NCBI GenBank assembly: GCA_964187785.1
Contig: OZ076411.1
Span: 20,646,001-20,710,000, forward strand
Source: Amphiscolops sp. MND2022
Taxonomy: Eukaryota
Direction of reading: 5' to 3'
DNA: 64,000 nt
Part shown: piece after piece, positions 36,896 through 50,150 of the stretch
Layout: every line of letters begins with the position of its first letter
Numbering within the stretch: position 1 is the first letter of the stretch
Position numbers and translations under genes: made by a program
The notes under the pieces: generated by a model
What the model was told of the DNA's origin: nothing
Seen by the model: only the letters and a program-made list of their open reading frames with translations
Database searches by the model: none

Positions 36896-38079
36896 GTAGC
36901 GAAACGAAGAACCAGCAGGCAGAGATAAAAACCCCCAACAACACAGTGCTTCACGGGGCTTCCTTTCTTGTTTGAGAGCTGCTATCGGTGAGTTCAGCCG
37001 ACTTTTGTTTTGGAATATTGAAGTTTGTCCAACTTATTCATTGGAAAATTTGAAATAACTACACAGCTGGCCAGGCTGGCAGGAAATTTAGGAAATTTCA
37101 GATTTTTCGAAACGTTTTCGCTTCTGATTTCTCAGCGGTTGTGTTGTCAATTATTTCCTGTTACCGCGTCCGGTAAACGTTGATAATAAACTACATTCGC
37201 TCGAATTCTCATCTGATAAAAGAGCAGCGAACACGAAAGGATTTTCCAGGGAGGGCATTCTATGACCTCGTGAAGATAAAAAAATCCATGGTCTAGCAAT
37301 TCAAGAAGCAAAAACGGTAGCAAAGGAAACCTATCCTATCGCACCTCAATTTGCCGCTTGTCGACCTTTAACTCGGCAGAATTCTGTGCTAATATTGTTG
37401 CTACTACGAGCTCCACTGAAGGGTTCCTTTCACAAATCTCTATCAAAGAAATTGAGTTGAGAACCGGAGGTCACATCAACAGCCTCACTGGGGTTTATGA
37501 TGTACTGATGCGGTTGTCAAATAACAGTCAAATGCCCCCTCTAAATTGGAGCCATCAATGTCTTATCGTAAGTTCCTTTTCGACTTTTTTTGGTCTTGAT
37601 ATTTGTTTACCCCAACCTTCATCCTTTAATTTCACGAGGTCATTAACTAATTCAATCCAATAATTTGTTTTGTTGGCAGGGAATTTTCGTCCATATGTTC
37701 CGACAGCTCTTGAATTAATGTGTGACAACTATTGTCACATCTGGAAGTTACTTTTTGGCGTTTGAACACACCAGCACTAACTCCTTTCTGATCCTTTGTT
37801 TCTGGTCCGGAAAAGTTTTCCATCAAAATTGCCTTGGGACAGCATCTACAGAGATGCTACTCTCAAGAGAAAAACTCACACTGATCTTTTTCTTTCCTTA
37901 GTCTTTTCGAGGTTCCCCTTCCATGTGCTGCATTTGTCGGAGCTGGAGAGAAACTCAGCGTTGGATTATTGTCCTCCCTGCCAGGAGTGAAGACACCCTC
38001 TTCTACTGTCTACACCTTTAGTCGTGAGGAGTTAGAGCGAATTTTAGCCTCCCCAACAACAAAAACTTTTGAACGGCAT

Positions 38080-39060
38080 GATTATTGCATCATTTTTGAC
38101 TGTTTGCTAATGAAACTGCGAACAGCGCGTGACCAGTAATGGCTACAAATACTGCCAATTCTACACAAGTTGACATTTTCTCTTGTTTTATAATACAATT
38201 GATTCGTATTCATTGTTTTATAATTTGTTGTTTTTGCAGTAAGTACACAGCCTCGAATATACACTTGCTGAAGCATCATTCCTCATTGAAAGTCTGTCTG
38301 TCAATTGGAAGCGAGTTCGCGAACACATGACACGGGTTACCCGTCTACCTGCTTATCGTTTTCAAATGAGAGAGGTTGTTTTCATCACATTTTCCAAACC
38401 TTTGTAACCCTACCTTTTCCTAATCGGTTTCATTTTGTTTCAGCCAAAAACGCTCGATCGATGAGTGCTTCCGATTCGATACAGCGTGTCTCGCCAGACT
38501 CTTTATCATCAGGTGCGTCCTTGTCAATTGTTAGTCTCTTCCTTTCATAAGTGTTGTTTGCGGTCACTATAGGCTGGTTGAAAATGTTCCTTGGGCAAAT
38601 CCTCTTGTAGGTTAACTTTCCATGATCATTTTCGAGTTTTCGATTCCATTTATGATTTGTCAGATTTTTTCAAGTAAAAATCAATCAGGCAGCCGCATTC
38701 TTCATTTTTTGATTTTCTAGCACTCGCATACACATACCAGCTATTCAGAACGCTGTATAATTATAGTCCCATAATCTGTACGGCGGTATGCAAGGTGATA
38801 CCTGTTTTCCACATGGTGCCGTATATACGTCGCACCTCGATCCGCATAGTGACGTATAATTACTTCCGTTATCCGAATAGTGGCGTATACTCGTCATGTC
38901 TCGATCCGCATAGTGACGTAAAGTCTCGTCATGGCGCTTTGTTCCGTATAGTAACGTATACTCATCATTTATCAAACCGCATAGAGCCGTATAATTGCCA
39001 TACGCAGTAGTGTGTAAAAATGAGTACTCTCAATCTGCTTTCAGCACAATGGCGTATGTC
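38080..39060 (-). mobile_element. Fragment of another Gypsy LTR/leader (TGACGTA-rich block) and possible gag start
   Basis: CGCATAGTGACGTATA motifs resemble those at 25940-25990 and 47550-47700, but the flanking sequence differs. Downstream is a decayed minus-strand frame PRNIFNQPI...RKRLTIDKD...ESGET...LAET. Confidence 0.4.
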
Positions 39061-39384
39061 ACCTGTTAAAACACTTTCGTAAATGTTGACTCTCTTCTTT
39101 CTACTTGATAAGGTTTACATTTGATGTGATTTCCACTGAAGTAGTGATTTCTAATGATTTGATTTCTGGGACTATTGCATTTGAATGTAAAAGTACTGGC
39201 TCTGTTTACAGGTGGGTGTAATTTCTTTGTTTTTTAAGACAATTCTGTTTCTCCGAGCTTCAAATTCAGGCTAGTGGTAGATTTCGACTGTTTAACCAAT
39301 TTCACAGTCTTCATTTACAGTCAATTTCAAACCATTCTCCTTTTAGGAAGAATTTCAAATTAGGATTACTTTTTACAACTGGAC

Positions 39385-40318
39385 ATGGACGATGCCACAC
39401 TCCCTTTTAAAACTGCTTCAGAATTCATCCTCAATGAGGTTTTCCACCTCCTAGTAATTGCTAGTAAGCTTCCAAGGCCTAACAAAAATTTAGAGCAGTC
39501 CATATCGTTTTGCAAAGCCTTCTGCAAGGACCTGTTAAATCATGAGGTTGTCAAATCTGACTTGGTACGAGGACTATCCTCGTTTGATACAGCCGTGATT
39601 TATGATGGGATGGAAGAACATTATACCAGCGCCATCGATAAACTCACACGCCACTTCACTTCAATTGAAGACAAAGCATTGAACCAATATCAATCTTTCG
39701 TGACAAAATTACGAAGTAATTCGCCACCTGTATCGGTTGATTGGACCCACTATTTGGTCATTATGCAATGCAATGCTGGCCGGAGTTATTCTCGTTGTTC
39801 AAATGTTCGTGCTTGTGTGTTTCTTCGATTTTCACTTTACCACCAATCTTCGAAGTCCCTATCCCAACTTTGAAAACACACAAGTCTTTTTCCGCTCTTG
39901 TGTGAGGAGCCTTCAGCTATCGTACACAACAATTCTCAATGTGTCCAGCTTATACAGAGACTCCAAAACAATTAGACGGGTTAACCGAATGCTTGGACGT
40001 GGTCTTGAATTGTTAGTTGGAGAAAAATTTCATATCTGGACTTCCCTTAAAGGAAGTGGCCCTCGCCGATCCCAGATTCGAAACAAACTGGAAGAGGAGT
40101 ATAAGAAGAAGGTCGTTCAGGGTGAGAGGGCAACTGCAGCCTCCTATGACACTTCCCCCACTTTGAGCAGATCTAGCAGCACAAAAAGTGTGAACTCCCC
40201 GATGTTGCCAGTGGGACGGGTCATTGTTTCTGTTGTTCGTTGTTTAGAAGCTGGGGAGAAGGGACTTCACAAGGTGTCAAAACCGAGACCGGGAAGTCCA
40301 AGAAGAATTATTTCATAG
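39385..40318 (+). pseudogene. C-terminal part of the antisense accessory ORF of Gypsy B (homolog of 3973-7012)
   Basis: KSDLVRGLSSF ~ NADIVSGMASF; ALNQYQSFVTKLR ~ TRDEYLGFLDHFR; LFKCSCLCV (frameshifted) ~ LGCLCLT. Converges on pol with a ~170-bp spacer. The decayed frame probably extends left to about 39100. Confidence 0.65.
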
Positions 40319-40487
40319 TTGACACTTACTGTTTTTCTTTTATTCAATTTATTTCTTTGTATACATTTCAAGTGATTCCCAGTTTTTACTTGGATGGGAT
40401 TGATTGATTGTTTGATAACAGTTCATTCTCAGAAGATGAAAGAGGTGACAGGAGAAGAGAGATAAAGGTTCTTCTGCCATTTTTGTT

Positions 40488-43400
40488 TTAGTATCTGTAT
40501 GAGTCTGAGTAATTTGGGTTGGGGTTAGGTCGTAAGTAGTATTTTTCAACACGGTTATTATGAGTTCTTCTTACAATGGGGTATTTTGAGAATTTTCTGG
40601 GGTTTTTTGAACATCATCTTCTGAAGAATTATTTGTATCTTTTTGAATTTTTTGGGTGTTTTGATCAACTTCACTGATTTGCTGTTGAGTTTCATTTTTG
40701 TGATTTTCATCTGGTTTAGTGGTCTGTTCCACTGAGCGCTCCCACTAGTTTTTGATGATGCTGGGGAGGGTGGGCGGTTATCTTTGGGTATTTGAAAAGC
40801 GATGTATTCGGTGTCCTCAATAATTTGTGGATACTCTGAAGGACCTTCGTCAAAGGGGTTTGAACCAAAGTTCGTGTTCCATGATTGGGCATGTAGTTCA
40901 TCATTTGCTACAGGCATTTCTTCATCGTTTTGACTATCGCTTTCAAGAACAAAAATGTCTGAAAATGGAGCTTGCGGAGTGAATTTTTGCAGACGCATTC
41001 TGTGTCAAAGTTGCATTTTATTAGTTCCAAGTCTCCGGACAAGATTGTTATTGTTAGGTAGCACTTTCTATACTTTATATGGTCCACGCCATCTGAAATC
41101 TCGGAATGGTATTTTTCTTGCTTGTGTATCAGCCTTTGGGTTAAGAATGTAACAATAGTCCGTCGTTTCAAGCGGAGCTCTTTTGCTTTTCTATCATAGT
41201 AAGCTTTATACTTGAGATAAAATTGCATGATGTTCTTTTTTGTTTGATGGAGAAGAAATTTCATTCGTTATATAGATTTTTTCAGCTATGTCCGTTTGTG
41301 GTTGGTATCTTGGGCTTGAATTATATCCAAGTTTATAGTCGAGGATATTGTTGTGGTTTCCGACCATGGAAGACTCGTGAAGGCTCACAACCGAGTGATG
41401 CATGGTATGTGGTGTTGTGATTAAAGGCTTTCAAAGGAAGACATTTCTGCCAATTATCCTAAATTCGCCTGTTGCGGCTTTTAGGTGTGTCTTCGCTGAT
41501 GCATGGGTTCACTCAAGGAGTCCTATTGTTTGGGCATGTTTCAATGTTGCATGTTTCACCTCAATTCCGGGACTGTAGCAATTTCATGGGTAATTTGTGG
41601 ATTGAATTGAGTTCCTTAATCCGTGATTATTGTTGTTGGTAGGTAGGTGTGTTTGCATAGTATATACATGATGACTCTTGACACTGCTGTTGCAGTGATG
41701 CGAGCTACGGGGAAAACAAACAAGTAACTCGAGAAGACATCTATTGCAGTGATGATGTGGCCAAATCCTCACTCGGGGGAAGGTTTGGTAACATATCCAT
41801 CTGTAAGATGTCTTCCGTACCAAGATCCCATTCTGGACAATTAAGGAGTTCTGACCTGAGGAGATCATTGTTGATACGTTTTGTTTGAATACAGATTTGA
41901 CAGTTACTGACCCATTTTTTGATTTATTTAGCTTTAAGTGGCTAGTAATATTTTTGTCTTGCTTCTTGTATCATCTTCGTGAATCCTGGATGGTTTGAAA
42001 TATGACAGTCCAGGGCCTAGAGAAATTCATCTAGAAGTTCGATTGGTAGGCGGATTTGGTAGTGAGATATAGTTCCAGTATCCGTATAATTTTTCCTGGT
42101 AGGAACCTCTTGTTTGATCTCTATTCTGGTAATGTTTTGTAGGTAGTGCTGGTATTGGTAGTCTGATGCTAATTCATTTTCAACGAAAGAGTCGCTTTAA
42201 TTTTCGGCTTTTAGGTTTCTGAGGACTTTGTCATTATTCTGTTCAAGTCGAATTCTTGCATTGTTTTTGAAGTATTGAAGTATTCTGATGATACAGAGAC
42301 CAACTCCGAAGTGGGTTTATGAAAATGTTGTAGTTCAGAGACAACAAATTCTGCGTCATTGTGAGTTTCGTACATTTTGTTTTCCTTCCCGAAGTTGATT
42401 TTTGTCAATTCCATCGTCAGGGAAAACATAGAATTGTTCTTCTTCGACAATGCCAGATGATTGGATATTCTTCACTTCGATTGCCTTTGTGTGAATATCG
42501 TAGCGAATAGTCGTTTCAAGCTTTTCTGTTGTGTCTACTTCTGTTCTGGATAAAAACACTGCTGCTGTGTTCATGGAGCCGGCAACATGGGCGTTTACGA
42601 AACTGTATTGCAATACAATATTGCATGCATTTCAGAGAGCTGGAGGAATCGTTTTCGTTTGGAAAAGTTGTGTTACTGATTGTCGATGAACACGATAACT
42701 GGGAAGGTGCTTCCTCACATGAGGTGCCCAAATTCAACAAATGCGAAATATATGGAAAGGCTATCCTTTGCATATAATGACATTTTCGTCTGTGATGTTT
42801 TGATTTGAAAGTTATTGAGCCAAACGCTATGAGTGCATATGTTTTGCGTTCGGATTGTAGTTTTCGATTCGGGTCATCTTCTATCATAGTTGCATATCCA
42901 GCAGCTGTGAGACTTGCGTCGGACATGACTATGAGTTGCTTAATTTTTAATGGTTTTTTCAAGGCCAACGGCCACAAATTTTCAAGGAGTTTGTTCATGT
43001 CTGTGAAATTTTCCAGCGAATTTGTTGGGACAAAAAAATTGGAAGTGTCTTTGAGGAGTTTGAAAAACGGGGTGGGCCGTTCTGAAAGGCGCGGAATGTA
43101 GTTTTGGTATGAGTTTAAAAGTCCGATAAACCTCTGGATTGTCATTTTTGATTTGGGAAATAGAAGTTCTGAGAGGAAGCCTTTCACTTTGTCGGCTTGA
43201 GGGCCAACTCCATCTGATGTGATTGTACGTCCAGGAAGTCGACTTGTTTAACTCTGAAGTGACACTTTGACATGGAGAGTTTTAATCTCGCATTGCGTAT
43301 GCATTCGAAGGCAGTTCTGATATTTGTACACAATTGTTTTGTGTCGTTGGCTGCTATGCCGATGTCATCGACATATTGGGCACTTTGGTCTGCTTTAATT

Positions 43401-45050
43401 GCTTTATCCAGATACTCTCTCAGGAAGCTCCAGAATGCAGAACGTGATCTGTTGAGACCCTTGGCAAGCCGACGATAAGCAAAGGTTCTGCTTGCAAAAT
43501 CAAAGGCGAGCATTTGAATGGATTGATAATCTGCTATTTGGAAGCAGTGAGTGGTAAACCTGGGAGCAATCCAATTTGCAAAAACGTTTTTTCTCTGCCA
43601 TATGTTGGGCTGCATCCGATAAGGTGGTCACCGGGTGGTTGTTTTTAACATATTCTTCAGTGATGAGATTGTTGATTTTTCGGAGGTCGACGAGAAATCT
43701 GAGATGCCCGCTGGAATTGCGTTGTGCAAAAAAAATTGGGCTACAGTATTTGGAAAAGGGTAGACTTGTAAAGATACCATACTTGTGTAGAAGTGCAAGT
43801 TCTACAGTGATACATTCTTTGAGGTTGATCGGTGTTGGCAGACATTGGCGGTTAGCAGGTCTGTCATCATTGGGATAAAATTTTACTTTGAATTCACGAT
43901 TTTTGCGAATCGATGTCTAGCAAAATTATCGTAAAAACCAATGAGGATCTGTTCAATTTCTTGTCGACCGTCTGGGCTGAGTGTTGTATCAGACCAGTCG
44001 AAGTTTGAAAGAAATTCTGTTCTGGAAGTTTCCTTATCGTCTGGGTTTAGTTTCTCGAGTTGTTTGAGTTCGAGAAGTTCGTTGTTGACACGTTGCTGAA
44101 TTGGGGTGTATGTTGTTGGATCACCTGGTTCTTCAGGGTTAGGGAACCAGTATGTTTCTTGTTCTGAATTATGTTGTGGAACTTTTGGGATACTTTTATG
44201 TAGACCTCCGTTGTTCCTCCATGTTGTATCATGAAGGATAAAAACACTGGATCCACTGGCTGTATTTGTTTGATTTGTTCGGGTGTAAGAATCTTGAAAT
44301 CCGCTAAAAGGGTGTCAAGTGTTATTGTTTATGGTAGTTCAAAAACGTTGATGATTTGGTGTCCGATGGCATTGTTGTTAACAGTACTTAGTGATGCTGT
44401 GATAAAGATGCTGTCGTGATTTTCAAATTGTTAAGACGGAGTGACTATTCCAGTTGCGTCATGATTCATCAAATGTGGCATTTTGCTTGCAACGTCAAGT
44501 GTTTCGCCTGGTCGTAAAGTGTAGGTATTTTCTGCAAACAATGGTGTTGCTGGTTGTATTAATGTTTGGATGTCGGGTTTGAGCTGCATTGAAAGATAGG
44601 AAAAGGTGAAGATTACTTGAGTGACATCAAAAATTGCATTTTTCCTTCACAGGAAGCATAATCCGATAAGTGATTTGGTAGGTTTTTCATGATGATGAAG
44701 TTTTCTGTTAAAATGAAGTCAGACACTTCAAACTCGAGTAATACTGTGCAGATTGGGACATCTAATTGTCCATTGGCCACCATGATTTGTAAGTGTGGTG
44801 GACGACCAGTTTCTTTGGTCGCTTCATTTGAAAGCAACATGATTTTATTGATTTTATTGAGGTCTTGTTCGGAGACTGCTCTTTTGAGGGCTCCGGTGTC
44901 AATAAGACCATCAAGTGTGAGATTTTTGAAGTCCATCGGTATGTAATACATGTGGCGTTTTCGCTTCAATGTCAAAGAGGTTGAAATTGGGAGATATGTT
45001 AAGTTTCGTTCTTTGTCCAATTGTATGTGTTCAGTGAAATCTTCATCCAA
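40488..45050 (-). pseudogene. pol: Gypsy B pol (protease, RT, RNase H, integrase), degenerate
   Basis: LDGLIDTGA (protease); LAFDFASRTFAYRRLAKGL and QYVDD (RT, ~43370); VMSDASLTAAGY (RNase H); RWCGPYKV (GPY/F); C-terminus LRPNPNPNYSDSYRY*. Confidence 0.93.
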
Positions 45051-47040
45051 TAGGGGTTGTTTTTAATCATTGCAAGACGTTTTTATTGTGAAGTGATTTT
45101 TAGTTGAGTGGTGCATTTCTGAGGTTGAATATATTTTGGGGGAGGTTGGTTGTTTTGTAACATAGTTCTCTGGTGCATCGTGTAAGAGTTCATATACGTC
45201 TTCGTGATGAGTTTCTGGGGTTGAATGTTGAAGATTTTGCGTTGTTAGGTCGGTTTCAACTACTGTGGTTTTTGTTGAGTTTGAACTCGGTGTATGCTGC
45301 CAGTCATCTATTGAGTTTTGTTTTTGTGGTGAATTTGTGTAAAGGCGTGGCGATTTTAGTTTAACTCCTTCGAAAAGGATTGTTGTTGTCGTTCAATTTT
45401 CGGTCTAATTGGCTCGTTGGCCTGCTTGTATTCTGCTTGTATTCTTTTGCGCCTCAGTTAGGTTCCATTTAGGTGGCCTATTATCCATAATAGCACCAAA
45501 ATAGCAATATGCTTCGTCATGACACGGGGTTTTGCTGATGGGACATTTAGGTGCTTCCGGGTCTTCTTCAAGTTTACGCCGTTTGGCTAGTTTAGAGCAG
45601 TCAGTCATCGTATGGATGGTCTCTTTGCAATAAGGGACATTGGTCATTCTTACATTTTTAAGTGTTTTATCGACTACCGTTTTCGGCGTTTGTTTTTTGG
45701 TTGTTTCCTTTATTTTTGGTTGAGTTTTTCAGTGTTTTGTTCTTTTTTGGTGACGGTCATTTGAGTTATAACGAGAGGTTCGTCTGCCTCTAGACCGTTA
45801 CGTTCCATCTCTCTTTCGAGATGTTTGACGATTTGATTGTATGTGCCATTTTCAAAGTAGGCTTGATCAATGGACTTTTTGAGGGGGGAGGCATTTTAGC
45901 ATAGAGTAAATTCTCTACCATTTGGTGGGCGTTGTCCCCAAACGCTTTCTCGGCACTTTCTTGGAGTTCTTCAAGGAAATCCGGAAGTTTTCGATTCTCT
46001 CGGTCAAAAAAGAGCCTGTTAAATCAGTTCTTCGCAGATGCACAGGACCCCGGTTTACCTATTTTCTGCGAAAGACCTTTAGAATATATTTCAAGGTCGT
46101 ATTTGGAGTTCTTTGTATGTTTTTGAATGTTTTGAGTGCCAAACCTCTCAGATGTGCTTGAAAATTGTTAATCTTCATTTCTTCTGTTAAGTTTGGTTGC
46201 ATTCGGAGTATTGCGTGCAACAGGTTTTTAAAATATTCGAATTTCTCACTTTTCCCGTTTTTCCCGTTGAAAATGAATGTGTTTTTGGGATGAAATAAAG
46301 ACTCTGGGGGGTTTTTTAGTTCGCCAGTTTTACTATTGCAATTGCAATCTAGTTTACTGGGTCAAGTGGTTTTCCTGTCAAGTTTTGCAAGTTATTGTCT
46401 GCGTGGGATCCTATTGTGTCGTTTAGTTTTTGTGACCTTTGCCTATGGAGTTGTCGGTTGGCTCCTGTCACCATGTGATATTCCTCCTCATCGGATTCTT
46501 CATTTTAGGGTATTGTTACATCCACGACTGATTCATTGTGGAATAATGGTTTTTCAGGATGTTTCAAGTCTTTCATTTTTGAAGCTCTCAGAAGATAATC
46601 ATCGTTTTCAGAATCTGATTTTTCGTTGTTTGATGGGCGAACTCCTCTAGACTTATCTATTTTGGATCCCGAAGGTTGTGGGTCTTGTACTTCAATAACA
46701 TTTGACCTTGCGTTTGTAACCATTGATTGATTTTTGTTGGTTTTAATTTCTCTCAGAATGGGTTCCAATTTGTTGTTCAATTCTTCTCTCATCTTTTCAC
46801 GTCTATCGTTGTTCTTTTTTTCGAATATCTGAGTCCAGACTTGCATCTCATTGCTAATTTGACTGGGTTCAGTCAACTGATTGCTTGGGTTGTTTTTGCC
46901 TAAATTTTCCTGGACTACAGTATTAAAATTACTTAAAGTCTCATTACCTGTGTTGGGTGTTTCGACTTGGGTATTGCCTTTTTCTCTCTCTGTAGAGGGT
47001 GTTTCTAGTTTCCTAGACCTTCTATTTTTTATTGCTCATC
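45051..47040 (-). pseudogene. gag: Gypsy B gag/ORF1, degenerate
   Basis: MSNKK..RRSRKLETP...TEPSQISNEMQVWTQ...; capsid-like FNGKSEKFEYF...EEMKINNF..HLRGLALKTF; Cys/His remnants CPISKTPCHDEAYC. Confidence 0.75.
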
Positions 47041-47973
47041 TCACTCAAATGAAAATGCTTGCTTTGCAGGGTTAAGAATTTGCATTAGATCTTGATGTTT
47101 GTTAGAGACAAACTGGGATGATCAAAATTTCTAGGGAAAGAATAATTTTTTCAAGTTGTGAAGATATTCAGAACAAACTGCATTTTAGGAAGGTTGTATT
47201 TTGTCTAAATGCTCTCTTATTTTCCAAACGTTTCCGAAAATCAAGAATGGATGACACGAAGTTTTACTGACATCATTGCTGGAAAGGTAAAAATAGCAGA
47301 ACGTCAGAATCCCGTCATTTTATTTATAATTTCTGAGTCATCTTTCCATGACGTCAAAATGCACTCAAACGGAGTTTAGAGGACCCTCGAATGACGTTAA
47401 ACAATGAAATATACAACTTTCCAACTCTATATATTGAAGCATGGAAGCAATACTTCAAATTAGCACGAACACTATTAAAACGTATAGTACCGCATATACG
47501 TCACTCCTCGAAACGCAGGGTGACCTATAACAGCATGAATGGTAAAAGCGTATACTGACGTATATACGTCACTTATCGAACCGCATAGTGACGTATAATG
47601 GGTGTTGTAAAGATGCACAATTTTATCAAATGACATTGTAAAAGCGCATAACGCCTTATATACGTCAGTACTCAAAACGTATAGTGACGTATGCAATCTG
47701 CAATGGACAATACAAAATGAGATATAAGAACAATGTTAACGTCATGGGGGGGGGTAAAATCATCATTAAGACCTCTCAAAATAATCAAAATATATCAAGA
47801 CCTTAGTCTTATGAAGTGAACTCAAAACATAACCCTGACTAAACAAAAAGGTGTACAAACAAATGGACTACATGACTGATCAATAAGTTTCTAATGTCTA
47901 TTAGTTTGTTGCAGACGTTGTTTATCTTTTCACTGATGCACTCTAGATCCATCGCACCTTTGTGGACGCGACA
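47041..47973 (-). repeat. 5' LTR plus leader of Gypsy B (outer edge exact, inner edge not resolved)
   Basis: TG start at 47973; diverged homolog of 25400-26335, 29350-30282 and 33070-33990. Confidence 0.8.
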
Positions 47974-49669
47974 GATACTGAACAGTTATTCACGAATAGA
48001 ACTTTATGAGCCGTTTTATTCAGCTTGCGTGGTCATATGTTGGGCTAATAAATAGAAGGTTCGTATTTGGTGTTGTCAATTGTTCCACACAACGTTTATT
48101 GTGACAAAACTTTAATAAATCAAAAAGCAATCAAAACACATTGCTCCTTGCATTTTTAATTAAATCGTATCGTATGCATCGGTTTTGAAAATTATAGCAT
48201 CTAAGTGTTTTCATGTTTGACAAATAACAGCAACAGCTTCAATCTCTATAGTGTAATTGACAATCGAAGTACAACTGAGCTGATTCGTTGGCATTTGTAC
48301 CGGGCGTAAAAGTTCACGTAACTTAGTAAAAACATTCTAACTCGTTTCCCTTTTTGCCTTCGTAATGCTTTCGTTTTTGTTTCAATTCCAATGATTCAAC
48401 AAAAATTAGCATTTCAAAATTGCATTGCCGACAAGCTAATTGTATGATATAAATTTAGAATGGGGAAAGTTTTAGTTTCTGAAACGTATGTAACTCACTA
48501 TGCAGTATTTTGCATATGGTCCCGGAGGTCTTCTCGAAGTATTAGAGGTGTTCCTGGTGCTGCTTTTTGTTATGGTCCAGGGTTTGTGATGCAGCCTGTG
48601 GCAGAATCAATCTTCAGAATTTCTTTGAGTCTCCTGAATTTCCACCATGTCTAATTTGATTTATTCTAGAAAGTTATAGAAATCTTTAGATACCAGTGAG
48701 TCCCATTGGGGAAACCCTTGTTGAGGTTTTTATTAGTGTAGAACGAGAGAAACGTTGCAATTTGACACAAGAATTGTATTCCTTTGCAATTAAGACGAAA
48801 ATAAGATTTTACTTTCTTTAATTTGTGACAGATATTAATAGGCTAGAAATTCATGGTCTGATACGAATTAATAAGCAATAAATACAAAACAACAAGATGA
48901 ACTAACTTTTGAAATCAATGCTGATTCAACTCATATTTATTCTGCTGATGAATTCATTTGTGAAAACAAGTGGTCAACTTTGCTTCAATCGAGTTTAAAA
49001 ACCGCGTGATGGACTTCAAAAAAAATACATGCGTTATACCTGATCTCTCGAAAAGACGACAAAAAAGCGGTAACTAAAATATCGAAGTTGTTTTAACTAA
49101 AGAATATAAGAAAAACTTCGAACAAATTTTCAATCGTCGATGCGAGCTATATCAATCTTTCTGTCTTTTCGAATGGACTCTTGCGCTCAAACAACGACTT
49201 CGATATCGCTTTTTTTATTTGGTTGAACAGAGGACTAGTTTGCGTTATGATTCATTGGCGAGAGAGTTGTGCATTGTGAATCAAATCTTTAATAATTGAT
49301 TGGTAAAAACTTTAATTTTGAATTTTGCGACATCACAGAAACGCATTGACTGAGATTTCGATTGCAGTCATGTACTTCGTAAATATAACATGCTCGCGTT
49401 TAAGCTCTCGGAGCATAGTTGTTCCACACTCTAAAAAGCTGAAGCAATAGGTACAGTGACAATACGTCCTATAAATCTTTAAATTTTGCCGTTTTCAAAT
49501 GCAATTCCGCCACCGTTTCGGTCCTTTCATTTTGGTTTGAAAGGAGTAATCGTCATCAACACCAAGTCTTATCGTCAAAACTCAAGCCAACCGAAACTCT
49601 AGCAGTTAGAGAAAGACGTTTTGCGTTCAATAAACCTGTGGAGAGATAGAAATTGCCTGGAAGCCTCAA

Positions 49670-50150
49670 TTGGTTGAGACGAAACATCGCTGTTTTTGTC
49701 GATGTTCTTGCAAATCGATGAAAGTGATCATAACTGAAAATTTGAAGGAACTCAATTTTGCCCAAGTCAGGCCGCATGAGTTTTTCAGAAAACTTCCTCC
49801 TTCAGGGCAATCAAATTACGAAAAAAATCTTACATGCACTTACAGGGTTTCGGTTTATTATTTTGAGATATCGGGACCTTATAATGGAGCCATCCAGTTG
49901 ATGGTAGATGCTCTAAACAAGTTAGCAATTTCTTGGTAAGAAAAAACATTGAAAACTACTGATTTTTATGCCATAATTTTTTCATCCTTTCAAAATTCGT
50001 CCGACTTTTTGTGTCGTCTGGATGCAACGGTAACAAACTTTTCATAGGCTAATTGAACTATCCGTTGACACTTTTTTAATTGGATAAAATGTGTTTTATG
50101 AACCCCAAATTGCATCGAGGTTCATGTTGCACTATTAACTAGCTTCCCGA
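49670..50150 (+). pseudogene. Heavily decayed Gypsy-integrase-like fragment
   Basis: RVSVYYFEISGPYNGAIQLMVDALNK resembles RVHIDFAGP...LIVVDAFSK, and is followed by SGCNGNKLS at the SDNG position. Weak. Confidence 0.3.

Larger units (their letters stand above)
24915..37047 (-). repeat. Three head-to-tail units (~3.94, 3.71, 4.30 kb) of a Gypsy-derived segment: 3' internal region - accessory ORF - LTR/leader - gag start
   Basis: Matching ORFs at 26292/30239/33947 and 26793/30740/34448; unit junctions at about 29031 and 32744. The left 1.4 kb of each unit is homologous to the 5' end of Gypsy B (46500-47973). Confidence 0.97.
39385..47973 (-). mobile_element. Ty3/Gypsy element B (5' LTR/leader, gag, pol, truncated antisense ORF), 3'-truncated
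   Basis: Starts with TGTCGCG at 47973 on the minus strand, where homology to the array ends abruptly; gag and a full PR-RT-RH-INT order follow. Confidence 0.9.

Noticed and set aside
38700-39060. 3' LTR of Gypsy B
   Set aside because: Shares only short TGACGTA motifs with 47041-47973, with no extended identity or matching TG edge; better explained as another family's fragment.
48020-49550. Host gene exons or an identifiable TE in this AT-rich interval (also 10800-12200 and 37050-38080)
   Set aside because: Only short ORFs without recognisable motifs or a consistent splice pattern; left unannotated.
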